A stretch of DNA of 63,764 nt, counting the filler, from Phoronis australis (Eukaryota; Animalia; Phoronida), in assembly GCA_002633005.1 (NCBI GenBank). It is 8 parts of 8 records of this genome, joined end to end, with 100 filler letters (N's around TTAATTAATTAA, not from the genome) between each part and the next. Parts side by side here need not be neighbours in the genome. Positions count along the whole stretch, not along the records: positions 30,060 to 58,524 come from NMRA01001211.1; positions 58,625 to 61,531 come from NMRA01003329.1; positions 61,632 to 63,764 come from NMRA01003837.1; 5 more parts are not named here. The stretch is one strand, 5' to 3'. Under the pieces are notes generated by a model. The model was not told the DNA's origin. It ran no database searches and saw only the letters and a list, made by a program, of their open reading frames with translations. A program made the position numbers and the translations under genes. Numbering within the stretch: position 1 is the first letter of the stretch; every line of letters starts with the position of its first letter. Below, piece after piece: positions 50,480 to 63,496 of the stretch.

Positions 50480-51380
50480 GAGGAGGAAAAGCAGACATGC
50501 GAATGTAGTTTTTTAGTGCGTCAGATTTCCAGCGCCCCATGCGCTGGATCACCGGTTCAGAGACGCCACGGCTGGCCGCTGAGGATGCGGCGCTAATGCG
50601 AAAGCTATGTGACGTAAAAGACTTGGTGTCGAGTCCTATAAAGGAAACTACTTTAGTTAACATGGAGTTGAAGCAAGAACGGGTAACCGGTGATCCACTG
50701 AGGTGTTGGAACACGGGCCACAAGAGGGCTGAAAAGTAGACAAGTACAAGGTTAGGGCAGCTACTGTGCAATGGGGAGATTGGCTGGACGGAATTGTAAG
50801 TGACACTGGTCCCCAGCTGTGCTTGAAGGTACGCATAGTGATGACAACAGAATCGCCAGAGGGGGGAAAGACGACATCGCTGACCTGTATGACGTGGGAG
50901 GAGAGCGAGGAGGTGACTGTGAATTCACCGACCCTGAGGAAGGCATCGAAGGCTAAGAGGAACATAGCACGTGCGAGAACCGAGTCGGCAAAAGAGCCGA
51001 GTGCAGAAGGGCAGGCGTCAAACAAGCGGTGAAGCAATGCGGAAGTAATGGGCATGCGTGTGTCAGAAGAAGGGCGCAGATTGGAAGTGCCTTTGAGGAT
51101 TTTTTGATGAAAGAAGAGGAAGTGGGGTCCGGGAGGTTGTCAAGCTTGTGGACAAAACTAATGGCAGAGACATAGGACTGGATAGACGACCTATTAAGGC
51201 CAGATTCGAAGAGATGAGAGATGTAGAGGGCCAGGAAAGAGGTATTAATGGGCAAGGTGAGCGGAGAGTTGTTAGAGGAGAGGTGAAACTGTGCGAGGTT
51301 ACGTAGGATGCGGGTGTAGGACTGAAGAGTGGAGGGGGCCAGGGAAGCCCGGAGCAGTCTGGTCACTCTGTAAGGAGGTG
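50480..51380 (-). pseudogene. Tyrosine recombinase of the DIRS/Ngaro element (two frameshifts)
   Basis: Motifs SLAPSTLQSY, MPIT, AMFLLAFDAFLRVGEF, SHSFRISAAS and GRWKSDALKNYIR give the R-H-R-Y catalytic set, spread over three frames. Confidence 0.88.
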
Positions 51381-51810
51381 CGGTGGGATCGGTGTCGGAT
51401 GAGGGCTGAGCCAATAACCCTGGGAAAAGGCGACCTGAAAGTTGAAACGAGAAAGTGCATCAGCGATGATGTTAGTGTAGCCGGGGATATGTTCTGCCCG
51501 AAAATGAATATTAAAGCTAAGAGCGGAGATGACCAGACGACGAACAAGAGACATAATGGGGGTGTGGCGGGAGGAGGTCTTGTTGATAATGTCAACGACA
51601 GCACGGTTGTCGCACAGGAAGAGGATCTTGTGGTTGGCGAGCTTTGAACCCCTCATCTCGAGCGCTATGACAATCGGAAGGAGTTCCTTGAAGGTGATGT
51701 GATGGCGTTGCAGGTGCTCGGGCCACGGGCAGGCAAACCAGGAAGGTCCCAATGTCGCAGCAAAACCCCCGTTGGAGCAAGCAGCATCAGAGTACAGTTT
51801 AATGGTGTTT
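51363..51810 (-). CDS. DIRS-type RNase H domain (C-terminal part of pol, 5'-truncated)
   Basis: LYSDAA...HITFKELLPIVIA...FLCDNRAVVDIINK...AEHIPGYTNIIADALSR. Confidence 0.85.
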
Positions 51811-52237
51811 GCTTTTCACACTGAATTTCAACTAAATCGAGAAAATGAGCAAAATTCGCACGTGTCTGCGTCCAGCAGGAAAATGCTTACAGTCTAATGT
51901 TAGGAAGGCATGGCTTCCTACTGTTGAGGATTTTTGTAGTTATTTGTGTTTTGGTTCACCGTGGTTCCAGGTTTCACAGAAATGGCTTTATTCCCTTTGT
52001 CGACCAAAACACTGAAAGCACGAAATAAACTCTAAAAATCGTTGTTTCCTTTTCCGCGATAGCAATCGGTTTCAGAATCTACATGTTTTGCCTTTTCACT
52101 TGCTGGCATCCTGAATTATACGTTTGAGGATGTAAATCAATTTTATCATGGTGTGAAACTGGAGATATCGTTTGTGTCTTTGAGTAACTCGTTTCATTGT
52201 TTGCGTTATCGTTAGTAAAAAGGAAATATTCCTTTGA

Positions 52238-52350
52238 TATGCGTATATATGTATATATCTATGTATGTATGTATGTGCATGTATGTATGTATGTATGTAT
52301 GCTGTATGTATGTATGCAAGTATGCATACATGTACATGTGCATACGTATG
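52238..52350. repeat. (TATG)n-rich microsatellite
   Basis: Directly visible. Confidence 0.9.
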
Positions 52351-52657
52351 CCGGTGTTCCCTGCGAGGCGTTGGTTTTTCGCATACTGAGTAACAACGCT
52401 TTAGCATATTTCAATATTAAATTCATAACCAACGTAAAAAAGACAACAATGTAAAAACTATATAAAAATTCATATTGTCATTTTCCAGAACAACACAGCA
52501 TTCAACATTTTCATTGCTGTTCACAGCTTATGCCATACGGAGTCCAGTGTACGGAAGCGTTTAGACAGCTTCGTATCAACGATTCTATTTGAAAGTTATT
52601 AATCAGACAACTAAGGCGTGTCGTGACGCTTTATCCAACCGTCTTTTCACAATGACT

Positions 52658-55600
52658 TTATTGACCCATACGTAGGGTTTCACGACGACTCCATGCACGC
52701 TGCATCCGCTTACTCGTTACCGATATCCAACGGCACAATTCAGTCATCCCTGATCCGTTCACTGGAAGATACCTGGAACTGAAAGCAACCAAGAATTGTG
52801 AAATATGTGATGAGACAAAAACAGTGTTTGCCGACGGGAATTACGGCAAAATATGACAGAGCATACTAAAACTGTTACTGCAGCTATAACAATGTCAGAT
52901 TAATGTTTCCGCAGGCCCTAAGCTATAAGCAGTTTAGGGGGTCGTGGCATCATTTAATTGCCCCTTCATTGTCAATTACAAAANTTTCAAACCGGACGCT
53001 ACAATTTTCAAACCCGATCACCACTATTTTGAAGCTTCGCCCCCGTCGCCAGAATTTACGACGTGGCCACATGGTCGCCAGGAAATGTTTGGCCTTCCCG
53101 GTTTCGACAATTTCCACCTGATCCTCGGTCGCCATAATTCATTGTTCATGTTAAACAAGGAAGTATCCTTATGGTTACGAGGCCAACACTTTGGATTGTA
53201 GTTTAGTTAGCTTCAGGATAACCAAACACTAAGCTCCACAGAGGAAAATTTCTTTACAAACCTTTGCACAACCTCGTCTGCTTTCTGTGGTCTGTATACC
53301 ATGTTATACATTTCAGCGATGAGGTGAAAGCACGAAAAACATAACATTAACCATGAATACAGAGTAGCGTTCATGACAAGTCGATAGCACTACCTTAAAA
53401 AAGACCTACAAATTTCATGCTATTGGATGTTGGTTGTAAGCAGCCACTCTTATGTGAATTTGTACCTAAAATTCAACTTTGTTGAGAAAAACCAAAATAA
53501 TATTTTAATGGCCTGTGAGAAAAAGTTGTTATCACTTGAGGTATGTAGTCAACTTAGGTTTAAATAGAAAGAGTAGATGGACGACACAAGAAGCATTTAT
53601 AAAAATGTGCTTCGACTATTGTACCAGCACCTTAGAAAATGTCTTTTTTCCAATATAGGCACCTGTGCCTCAGCGACATAAGGAGGATGTATTATTCCTA
53701 AAAAGGGAGCACTCTGTGTATGAATGTTATTGCCCTGCAAGCCATCGTGTCCAAAACTTATGGTCTATTAACATCAGCCTCTATGTACATTAGCACCACT
53801 TTTCATTCGGTAAAATTCTCCGGCCATCTTCAGGTGTTAAACCTTCATTAGGAAAACGGGAATGGGTATTTGGTACACTCGTGGTTGACAACTGTTATGT
53901 TTTTTATGGTTGATGCCGATGTCTGAGCCTAGGACCGTTCAATTGTCAATCGAGTATTCTAATCACTAGGTTCGCATCCACCTGCCTTCCAGAAAAAATA
54001 TAGTCCAAGTGCCCTCCATTATTGCACCAGATATCCGAGCTTGTAAGGCTGTGCAACTTGAATATGACCTCTAGAAATGACCGCTAGAAATGAAACGTCG
54101 TGTCAATGTAACTGAGCTAGATGTTGGTGTAAATAGACCAAGAGATATTGGTTGTGATGTTACTACATCACCACCTGAAAGCAGTTTTAGGACGTCTATA
54201 CCAGACATGCATAAGTGATGGCTCACCTGATACAACTGCCGCTTCAGCTCTTCAACCCGGTCTGCCGTCTGATTAACTTTGTTCTTGACAGCCTCTACCT
54301 CGGCAGATGCCTTGTTTCGCATCTTCTGAGACGAACAGTTGGTAGATAAGAGCAACCGGAGACGCTCGCGCTTGGCTTGCTCATTCTGCAATGAAGAGAT
54401 GCATTGTAGTACAATTCCTTTGAAACAGAATTATTGACAGTCAGTTTCAACGCCACTCTTTTAAAGCTAAGGCTAAAATCACCTTCATAATGTCATTCTT
54501 GTCACACCAAGGTAACTCTCAGCACAATCGCCAAAAAGAGACAAAACGAATGGGGACAAGTTTTAACTTGTCCCCATTCGTTTTAAAAATGTTGCACATT
54601 GTGAGTAAGATCTCGGTAGACGGTGCAGCATCGGAGTTTTTAGTCAAAGTTGACCAGTTCCGTTCGTTCTCTCATGGACTGTTTCGCAAGACTTGGAGAT
54701 GGACTCGTATATTTTAAGGACGAGTTTTGTGGAACAGGACTCTAAAGAAATGAAAATATGAGGACAGCTGCCAAGTATATACCTCACCTTTTTCAAGTTT
54801 GACAGTTCTTCAGCAGTAGCTCCTAGTTTTTTCTCAACCTTCACTGTATGCCCGACGACGCTGTAAAATGAAGCCGACAATCTATTAGGCAGTCTAAAAC
54901 CAAGTGTTGTTTTCGTAAGGAATATCACTTTGAAATCAATTATTGTTTCACACAGTGAGAATCAATGGAAATCGACTTCCACAATAATCGACACTTACAA
55001 GACTTTGTGGCATGTATTGACCTGTCTATTAACTTCATGTCACGTTCGACTTCTCCCAGGTCGGCTCTGAGATGTTTACGACGTTCGTCCAGTTCTATCA
55101 GAAAGTCATTGACATCCTTAGCTACGTCAGAGTTCGTAGGAAAACCTGCAATGGTCAAAACAAAACAGCAAGAATGAATTTCTTGCGCCACGCCACTCTT
55201 GCATATTGTTATCTTTTCGTTACGCTTATGTAATTTTACCTTGTGCAAGTTCGATGAAAAGCGTCAAAAAATATGAGCTGATAGGAATGTGGTGGATCAC
55301 GCTTTTTGATGTAAGTAGGAGGCCTGATCACTACAAGCTAGGTCTTAAACGAGTGCCCACAGATGTGTCCTACCGGCCTTCAAACGAGTAATTGACATAA
55401 CATTGTGCCAAATACTAACATTTTGATCAGTGACATGAAATCACCACGGCAGAGCTTACCAATCAATCATTTCATTAGGAATTGAACTTATTGTGGTAAG
55501 AAAGTTGATTCACCGTATTGTTTGGGACTGGCTATTCGCCACGTTTACCCTCTTGAGTGTAAAACAAAGTCTACTGACAAGCAAGTTGTGTTCAGTAATA

Positions 55601-55710
55601 CGTTAAGTAAATACCCGTAAATAAAATTACCGTAAATAAGTATTTTTCTGTCAAAAAAATTGTTTTCGTCAGTACTGAAACTCATGAAAACTTTTTGGAA
55701 GAGAGAGGGG

Positions 55711-55776
<66 letters not shown>

Positions 55777-56506
55777 GGAGNNNNNNNNNNNNNNNNNNNN
55801 NNNNNNNNNNNNNNNNNNNNNNNNNNNNNNNNNNNNNNNNNNNNNNNNNNNNNNNNNNNNNNNNNNNNNNNNNNNNNNNNNNNNNNNNNNNNNNNNNNNN
55901 NNNNNNNNNNNNNNNNNNNNNNNNNNNNNNNNNNNNNNNNNNNNNNNNNNNNNNNNNNNNNNNNNNNNNNNNNNNNNNNNNNNNNNNNNNNNNNNNNNNN
56001 NNNNNNNNNNNNNNNNNNNNNNNNNNNNNNNNNNNNNNNNNNNNNNGGACAGAGAGGGACAGGGACAAAGACATAGCGAGCCAGAGAGCAGTCGTCTGAC
56101 AAGTGTTCACATGTGAAGTTTTTCCGATGGCGGATCAGAGGTCCGGTCTCTCTTGTGATTGGACAGCATGTGAGCACTGCAACAAGAAGATAAACTCGTT
56201 TTCCTCAGCGGCAAGACTCACGTGCTATGTTCCTTTTTAATTTTTCAGCGTCTTTGGCAAAGTTCTTCTCAACCTTTTTCATACAATTTGCAGCCTGTGC
56301 ATTAACCCTGAAGTGATAAAAAGAATCATGCTTTACAAAGGTTGTAAGAACGATCAACGGCAGATACGCCAATGATCGACGTTCGAGTTTTTGACTGTTT
56401 TTTAAATATAAATTAGAGGCTTCGTGCCAGATTAGCTTTTAAATATTACTTACTTTTTACGAATTTGTAGTTGTTTGACAAAATATAAAGCACTTTCTCT
56501 CTCCAT
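52658..56506 (-). CDS. Putative spliced coiled-coil protein of unknown family (model uncertain)
   Basis: Candidate GT-AG exons: 56506-56454 (MERESALYFVKQLQIRK), 56307-56222, 55145-54999 (DVNDFLIELDERRKHLRADLGEVERDMKLID), 54860-54788, 54385-54227 (EVEAVKNKVNQTADRVEELKRQLYQ) and possibly 52772-52658. The first three join in phase; later junctions are unresolved. Confidence 0.45.
55701..55780. repeat. (GA)n microsatellite running into an assembly gap
   Basis: Directly visible; Ns at 55781-56046. Confidence 0.95.
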
Positions 56507-57774
56507 TGCGTTGAAATGTACCGCTTTGTAAACGGGAAAAGATTCAACTGCAGACCTGTGTGCACGTGACGTCATCAGCTGTGACGTGCTTGTGATGTCG
56601 TTTTTGCTTCGAAATTGGTGCACAAAAATATGTCACTAGCTTTAAAAAAGTATTTGAAGCATAGGTCCGTATTTCAATGTTCTCGTTCATCAAACATGGA
56701 GACATTTTAGATATTACATCCTAAACAATTGGTTTGAACGTCATCCTTTCGAAATGTTATGTCGTATATTTTATCGACTGAGAACTATAATGTGTTTCGA
56801 AAATTACTCACCCTCTTTTGTAATATTTCGGGTTAAAACGCTTCAAATGGGGTAGACCCAAGTGCCCATTCCTCGCAGGCCATAACATAAAAACTGATAC
56901 AGTTGGCTGAGCCTTAGTCAGCAGATAACTGTCTATTAACACCATTCTAAAGGAAGGGCTTGCATTTAAACGGGATTTCTTTCTACCATTGCGGTCAAAC
57001 AATTCAGGTGTACAAAGTCTCTATACAATTGGTTTCAAACGAGAAATGTCGGCTAAACAGCACGTGATAGAAAACCGAGATTTTTTGTAGTAACGCTCTC
57101 AAAATTGGTGAATTGGTTGGAACTTTATTTACTTGTCAATGCCTTGAACTGTCTGTTAAGCATTGAAAACATTTTCGACCCTCGGAGGGCATAGCAAAAT
57201 TTGAATGTATTTTTGTGATTGATAGCATGCATTATAATTTGCCTTTAGGCAGTGGGTAACTCCTGTAAACAATGTTTCGGATTTTCCGGGGACCCCGACT
57301 AAAATGCAAGGACACACGCGGATCAAAGATCGTGATTCGTTTCGATGTATAACATAAAAAAATTCGAATTATTTTGAATATTCTAGTTCTCAAATGTGCT
57401 AAACTTCGCCTCGGGTTCTTAAAAGAGAGTTCAAATATGGTTCCAATGAGACCATTAGTCACTTTGATCTTGTAGAAAAGTCAAGACATGTTGAAATGAA
57501 CTATCCTCTGTTTTTTACAAAGCTTTTTTGTTTGACACTCACTGACACACCATTTTTGGGAAACCTACAAACCGTAGAAATATTTCATCGTAGCTTCAAA
57601 AGTAGACCAATGGACTTGTGTTCAGTGGGTCTGTTCTCAGAAATTACCGGCAGCACTTATACTGTTCCTCTATTTTATGTCAACAATGACAGCAGTTACG
57701 TAGTGTAGAAGCCGCAGAAGATCGTCGCGCCTTAGAAGGAAAGTGCTGCTCAAGTTTTTTAGGGGCTGCTTAGT

Positions 57775-58085
57775 GAGGAGCTGCTGCTGTTGCTGCTGCT
57801 GCAGGTGAGGCTGGTGGTGGTGCTGCTGCTACTGTTGGTACTGCTGCTGTTGCTTCTGCTTCTTCTTCTTCTGCTGCTGTTGCTGCTTCTGCTGCTGGTA
57901 CCGCTGCTACTGCTGCTGCTGCTAGTGCTGCTGCTNTCAGGTGGTGCTGGTGCTGTTGGTGCTGGTGCTGCTGGTACTGCTGCTGATGGTACTGCTGCTG
58001 CTGCTTCTGCTTCTGCTGCTGCTGCTACTGCTGCTAGTGCTTCATGTGCGGATGGTGCTGCTGGTGCTGGTGCTGCTGCTGCTAA
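57775..58085. repeat. Imperfect (CTG/CAG)n trinucleotide tract
   Basis: About 300 bp of CTG/GTG/CTT/CTA triplets with one ambiguous base. Confidence 0.9.
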
Positions 58086-58802
58086 TGCAACATTCACAAA
58101 ATCTTGCGTTTTCACACCTTTTTCATTCAGTTGTTAATTTGCTGGCACCACGATTCGCTGCATTGAGACAGTATTTAGTGTAGGCCGAGTTGACATTCAC
58201 GATCTAAAAGATAGTGGCCACAATGTGAACAAAAGTTGTTTGTTAGATGACTGAACTGTTGTCAAATAGCAATGGGTTGGGCCCTAAATGTTTGTTTTAG
58301 AAATTTTCGATTGTTTAGACCACCACACTATCAAAATTTTCCGTATCATCAAATGCCAAATAACAAACTTTAACGCCCACATATGCACCCAAGTAGTCAA
58401 TAATCTTTGGTCGTTTATGTTAACTTGGTCAAGGTCGCTCACCCACCCGGCCACAAAATGTAAGTACGCATATATGCTTTGAGAAATTTGTACACTCTTG
58501 CCAGTTCTTCACAAATGACAGCCTNNNNNNNNNNNNNNNNNNNNNNNNNNNNNNNNNNNNNNNNNNNNTTAATTAATTAANNNNNNNNNNNNNNNNNNNN
58601 NNNNNNNNNNNNNNNNNNNNNNNNTGGACAACATGTAGTATACTGTCCTATGTCCATATTTTGTATCATTTCCTTCTTATTCTATTCAAAGTGACTGACA
58701 ATGTCCATTAGGAGGCTGGGTGTATCATTATTACTTTTCATTTATACTGTTTGTTCATTGTCCACAGGCCAATAAAATATAGAAATTTCTCGCTGACACC
58801 CG

Positions 58803-58985
58803 TGCTCCCTCCCTTCCTCGCTTGCTCTCTCCCTCCCTCCCTCCCTTGCACTCTCCCTCCCTCCCTTGCTCTCTCCCTCCCTCCCTTGCACTCTCCCGCC
58901 CTCGCTTGCTCTCTCCCTCCCTCCCTTGCTCTCTCCTTCCCTCGCTTGTTCTCTCCCTCCCTCGCTTGCTCTCTCCCTCCTTCCC
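58803..58985. repeat. Pyrimidine-rich ~20-24-bp minisatellite (CTCGCTTGCTCTCTCCCTCCCTCC-like)
   Basis: Directly visible tandem variants. Confidence 0.9.
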
Positions 58986-59830
58986 AGGGTATACTGAGCA
59001 TGAATACTTTCTTTTACTAACGTGACTTTTCCTGTTGAAAAATCTAATTAAACTGCGTTGCTAAGAACCTCTTATTTTTATTTCAACTGAAGATTGCTAT
59101 CCTATTACAAAATCAATTTGTATGCAGTGCAGTCAGCATGGAAGTTATGGAAAGAAACGTTACGAGTGGAAGTTATTATTTTGGTTTGTTGTATTGCATC
59201 TGGTTTAGCAATGGGCCATTTTCTTGTAAAATTATGCATTCTCGAAATGTACTAATGTCTTTCACCTGCCTCACTGGCACAATCAGATCACTGGCAAAGA
59301 GTGTGGCACTTTTTTAAACATGCATTCATGAAACGAGGAAGGATTGGTCAAGACAAAAGCAAATTGTTTCATTGATGAGAGGTCAATAACCTGCAAAATG
59401 TTACTTAACGCACACACACAAGATAATGTGATATTGGAGACTACAGATCTCAAAGGAGTAGTTCACATCCCAGTAGATGGATCACTGTGCACATTCGTTA
59501 ATTATGGACACTAATTATGGACACAGAAAAATAACTGTGCTCCAAACAAATGACAGTAAACCGCCCATAAAAGCATAATTCAGGGTGTATATAATCACGA
59601 AAATGATTTTCTGAGAAGAAAGCGCCACCATTTCTTGAAAGGCAATTCGCAAAACATACTTTTCTTTGAGAAGTTCCAGTGTCCCAAACTGAACACATTC
59701 AGACTGCCAACTCGTCTTACCCCAGGAACAAACTGGTGAAAACAGCAGCGATTGCACTAGCACTCTGACTAGTAACAGAAACAGTAACAAGGGTCACTTT
59801 TGCTGGCGCTTTGCGGGTGGTATGGAGTTA

Positions 59831-60214
59831 CCATAAAGTTTCTAATAGCAGCCAAGATTCTATTAGATGCCTCCCTCTAATAGAAGCCAGGGGGGTCTAA
59901 GTATCCTGCAATTAAAAAATGTCAGGACTAATAGAGGCCGGGTCTCCACGTTGTCTGGATGCCGTCCAGGAAGAAAACAAAATAGCAAGTGGTATGACAG
60001 AAACGTATGTGTCAAGTATCGTCGTACCGGTAATACGAAACAACCTTAGAACAGACGATTGGCAAAGATATCGTATGATACCATGTGTTGGCCTGCGCAG
60101 GACTGAAATAAATGTTGAGTATCTACCGTAATAAATGCCTCCCTCTAATAGAAGCTAGGCTTGAAGCACGTCTAACAAAAATAAATGGCCTGGCTACTAT
60201 TAGAAGTTTTATGG
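59831..60214. mobile_element. Tc1/mariner-type MITE with TA TSD
   Basis: TA-CCATAAAGTTTCTAATAGCAGCCA ... TGGCTACTATTAGAAGTTTTATGG-TA, with internal repeats of ATGCCTCCCTCTAATAGAAGC. Confidence 0.75.
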
Positions 60215-60502
60215 TAGTCCAAATAATTTATCGTTGATTGCGTGCACCAGGATAGAGGCTTTTGTTTATCATTGCATTAATTAATCAATCATTGCAACCT
60301 GAAAATGCACTTTTACATCAACTGAAATGCCACAGAAAAACAGCGAAGCCAGCGTTTTCACCACTGGTGTGATCCTAGTGTTGCCATAATTAGATGACAA
60401 CAACAAACATCAACTTCATCATGTCTCAAAGTGTGTTGGACAGCCAATCTAAATCAAGTCAGGCAAAGTGGCAAATTTCAAACTGAAACAAGTCAAGTTT
60501 GT

Positions 60503-60941
60503 AGGGCCTTTCATACTAACATTGACGCGTCGATGGTTTGGGGAGTCGCGGTCAGTATGAACGCTTAACTCCTGTCCTGGATCGTAGTTAACAGCTCCAG
60601 TTAATATCGCAGTTAACAGGTGGATTTAAGACCACAGCTTAACTCCGGTCCAATCGAAGTTATCGCCAGATGCCACTATTATCGTCAACAGTTACAGAGT
60701 AGTGCCGTCACTAATAACTACTTATTTTTTGATAATCAATCAATTTAAAAATGAGTTTAATGTCATTTAGCACATTTCAATGTTGCCAAATTGTCACTTT
60801 GAAAAAAATCTTAGCGTGCAGCGCTATCTTGCGATAACTTCGATGACGTCAGCATCACCAACTTCGATGGTCATTAACTACCAAAGCCAGCGCTGTTTAC
60901 GTTGACGCTCCGCTCAGACCGAAGTCAGTATGAAAGGGCCT
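60503..60941. mobile_element. Harbinger-type MITE with a 3-bp TSD
   Basis: TIRs AGGGCCTTTCATACT / AGTATGAAAGGGCCT (1 mismatch); TGT duplicated at 60500-60502 and 60942-60944. Confidence 0.75.
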
Positions 60942-61985
60942 TGTGACACTGAATCTTTCTTGTGAAGCAATTGATTGATATCACTGGGTTAATGTTTTTC
61001 ATGTATAACTAAATTCTAACTTGCAGCATTAAAAAACAAAACAAGGGACCCCAGTCTAATAACATATAGAAGCAAAACAATAGACTTCAAAGATAGCAAC
61101 AATATTTGTCAGGAAAGCACAGCTATAGACATAAGATGAGTATCATAAGCGACAGTCTCCTTAATGCGTGTTAACTACAATTCAGAATCAAACTTGCTCA
61201 CGTTGAAAAATCAATTAAAAAGTAATCGACAAATGAAAACTATTGATTCCAACTTACAGTTGTCAGTATTATTGGGAAAAGTTTCTCTTTACCGCCATCA
61301 CTAAATTATGCATGCACGACTACTTCAATTTCAGTAAACAACTTTGTTGAATATTATGCAATTTTTAGTTTCCACTTTGAGCACACAATGGTATACCCCC
61401 ACAAAGATCTTAAAAATGCAAATGTTGACGACTGTAACTAGAGAAGTGAGTCACTTAATCAACAGCAAAATTTCTGCTCTCTTCCATTTGTTTTATACAT
61501 TTCGATAAAAAAGGACATTAAATTTTTACAANNNNNNNNNNNNNNNNNNNNNNNNNNNNNNNNNNNNNNNNNNNNTTAATTAATTAANNNNNNNNNNNNN
61601 NNNNNNNNNNNNNNNNNNNNNNNNNNNNNNNTTGTTTCATTTCATTACCTGTCTTATGTATTCAAAGACAAGAGGTGACTATTACTTGCTTGCCCCTCTC
61701 CCCTTGCCGCTGGGCCTTGCCTTTTTACAAATTTTGTCTCAGGCGAATGCTATTACCTTCTCGCCAACCTATATTCCCCCGTGTCCCGGATAGCTGCGTT
61801 TCGCGTCTTGCGAGCATACCAACCTTTCCCGCGAATAAGTTTTTGTAAATCTGCCGTTCCCTTCACTCGGGCATCCGTGACCTGGTATCGAATCTTTGCA
61901 CGCAAATCACGTGAAAACTCTAACTTGTTTACAAACACATTCCCAGCAATTGTCGATTATTCGGTTTCAACCCAAAGATTTAACC

Positions 61986-62107
61986 ACTACTGCCAATCTG
62001 AGTCACGTGTGATAGACTACTGCCATTCTGAGTCACGTGTGATAGACTACTGCCATTCTGAGTCACGTGTGATAGAGTACTGCCATTCTGAGTCACGTGT
62101 AATAGAC
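61986..62107. repeat. 30-bp tandem repeat, 4 copies (ACTACTGCCATTCTGAGTCACGTGTGATAG)
   Basis: Near-identical head-to-tail units with no spacers. Confidence 0.95.
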
Positions 62108-62755
62108 AACAGAAAAAAACATACTCAATTTTCATATCGCAGGTTTTTCCTCAAGATGATTGATTGTATGGAAAAGTGTAGTATTATTTATTGTTGTAAA
62201 TAAACATGTCGCAGGCATGTCGTATTAAAGGAGTTGTTGATTATTATGTCTGGTGTCCAAAATGTTCTTCAATTTCAGTCACAGGTCCTTGAGACAAATT
62301 AGACAAAGGCAGAGAAATAATCATGCTTTTTAGAAGATTATTGAGCCATTCTCAATGAATCGCGACAATTCGACACCCGAGACACTCGATTTTCAAGTAT
62401 CTTCATCTGGAGCTAACGTATTATTTTTTCTTAGTTTAACGTATGAATGATAAGTTTTGAACAATTTCCTCAGCTCAGCAAGTGCAGTTATAGAGTTATT
62501 TTGTTGTTTTAATAGAGCAACTGGATAATTTATTTGAAAACATAAAAACGCATTCGTTGGGTTAATTTTCGGTCTAGTTTGTTATCATTGACAACGAACA
62601 ATCTCATTGTGCACTTTTATTAATCAGCATGCTTGTTAAAATCGAGAAAAACAGCTCTAAGTATTTTCTACTTTATTGTGTATTTTTCGTGGACATATAA
62701 AAATTTAACTTTTGAACTAAATTTTTACTTTTTTAAAACACGTCGTTTGTTTATG

Positions 62756-63102
62756 ACTGTGTTTTATAAAAACAGGTGCCGTGGTGTTTGCACTTGTCTT
62801 AATTTTCATTAGCGACTATCGATCATTCAAAAACTGGTATCCAATATCCGGTAATGTGATGACTAAAAAATCCTTAAGTGAATTTAAAGANAAGTGGAAT
62901 AATTGGGTGAGTAAGACAACAAGCCGGTTTTATGCTTAGGCTGACGACTATAGGGCTTCGGAGTATAACTGTGTTTTATAAAAACAGGTGCCGTGGTGTT
63001 TGCACTTGTCTTAATTTTCATTAGCAACTATCGATCATTCAAAAACTGGTATCCAATATCCGGTAATGTGATGACTAAAAAATCCTTAAGTGAATTTAAA
63101 GA
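62756..63102. repeat. 135-bp near-identical duplication beside an ambiguous base (likely assembly overlap)
   Basis: 62756-62890 and 62968-63102 differ at one position; n at 62891. Confidence 0.8.
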
Positions 63103-63496
63103 CGTCTCGTAAATGACACACATGTCCCGTAAGTGAGGGGCAAGTGATATTGTGTCGGTGGAAATTATTTCTGACCACCTACACTTCAGGAAGAACTGGT
63201 ATGAAATAATGACGGATAGTATACGTAATTGAAGGCTATTTGTTGTCACTTGTATGAGTTGATGTAACTGATTACGTAATAAAAATGACAAGATTACAAT
63301 TCAACCGTCTGCGATGCAAGAAGGCACGTGGAGACATTTGTAACACAACTCACATGTACATGTACAGGTAAATCCAAAAGTTTGCATTCAACATTTTGCA
63401 ACATTTGCTATACAATTGTGTCTGACATCTAACACGTCACATGTCACGTCCCGTAAATGACAACTAAGCGTTGACAATTGGGCTAAAGACTGTTAA

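Larger units (their letters stand above)
49391..51812 (-). mobile_element. Tyrosine-recombinase retrotransposon (DIRS order, Ngaro-like), 5'-truncated and frameshifted
   Basis: RNase H and tyrosine recombinase coding relics, followed by a 145-bp direct repeat at 49947-50091 and 49391-49535. Confidence 0.9.

Noticed and set aside
55545-56177. Long ORFs with ER/SL repeats
   Set aside because: Produced by a (GA)n tract and a run of Ns.
57759-58183. Poly-Leu, poly-Ala and poly-Ser ORFs
   Set aside because: A trinucleotide tract is open in several frames by composition, and no flanking coding context supports it.
61986-62107. CRISPR-like array of 30-bp repeats
   Set aside because: Units are head-to-tail with no unique spacers, no cas genes are present and the context is eukaryotic.
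62756-63102. Biological tandem duplication
   Set aside because: Near identity and the adjacent n suggest overlapping contig ends or haplotypes.
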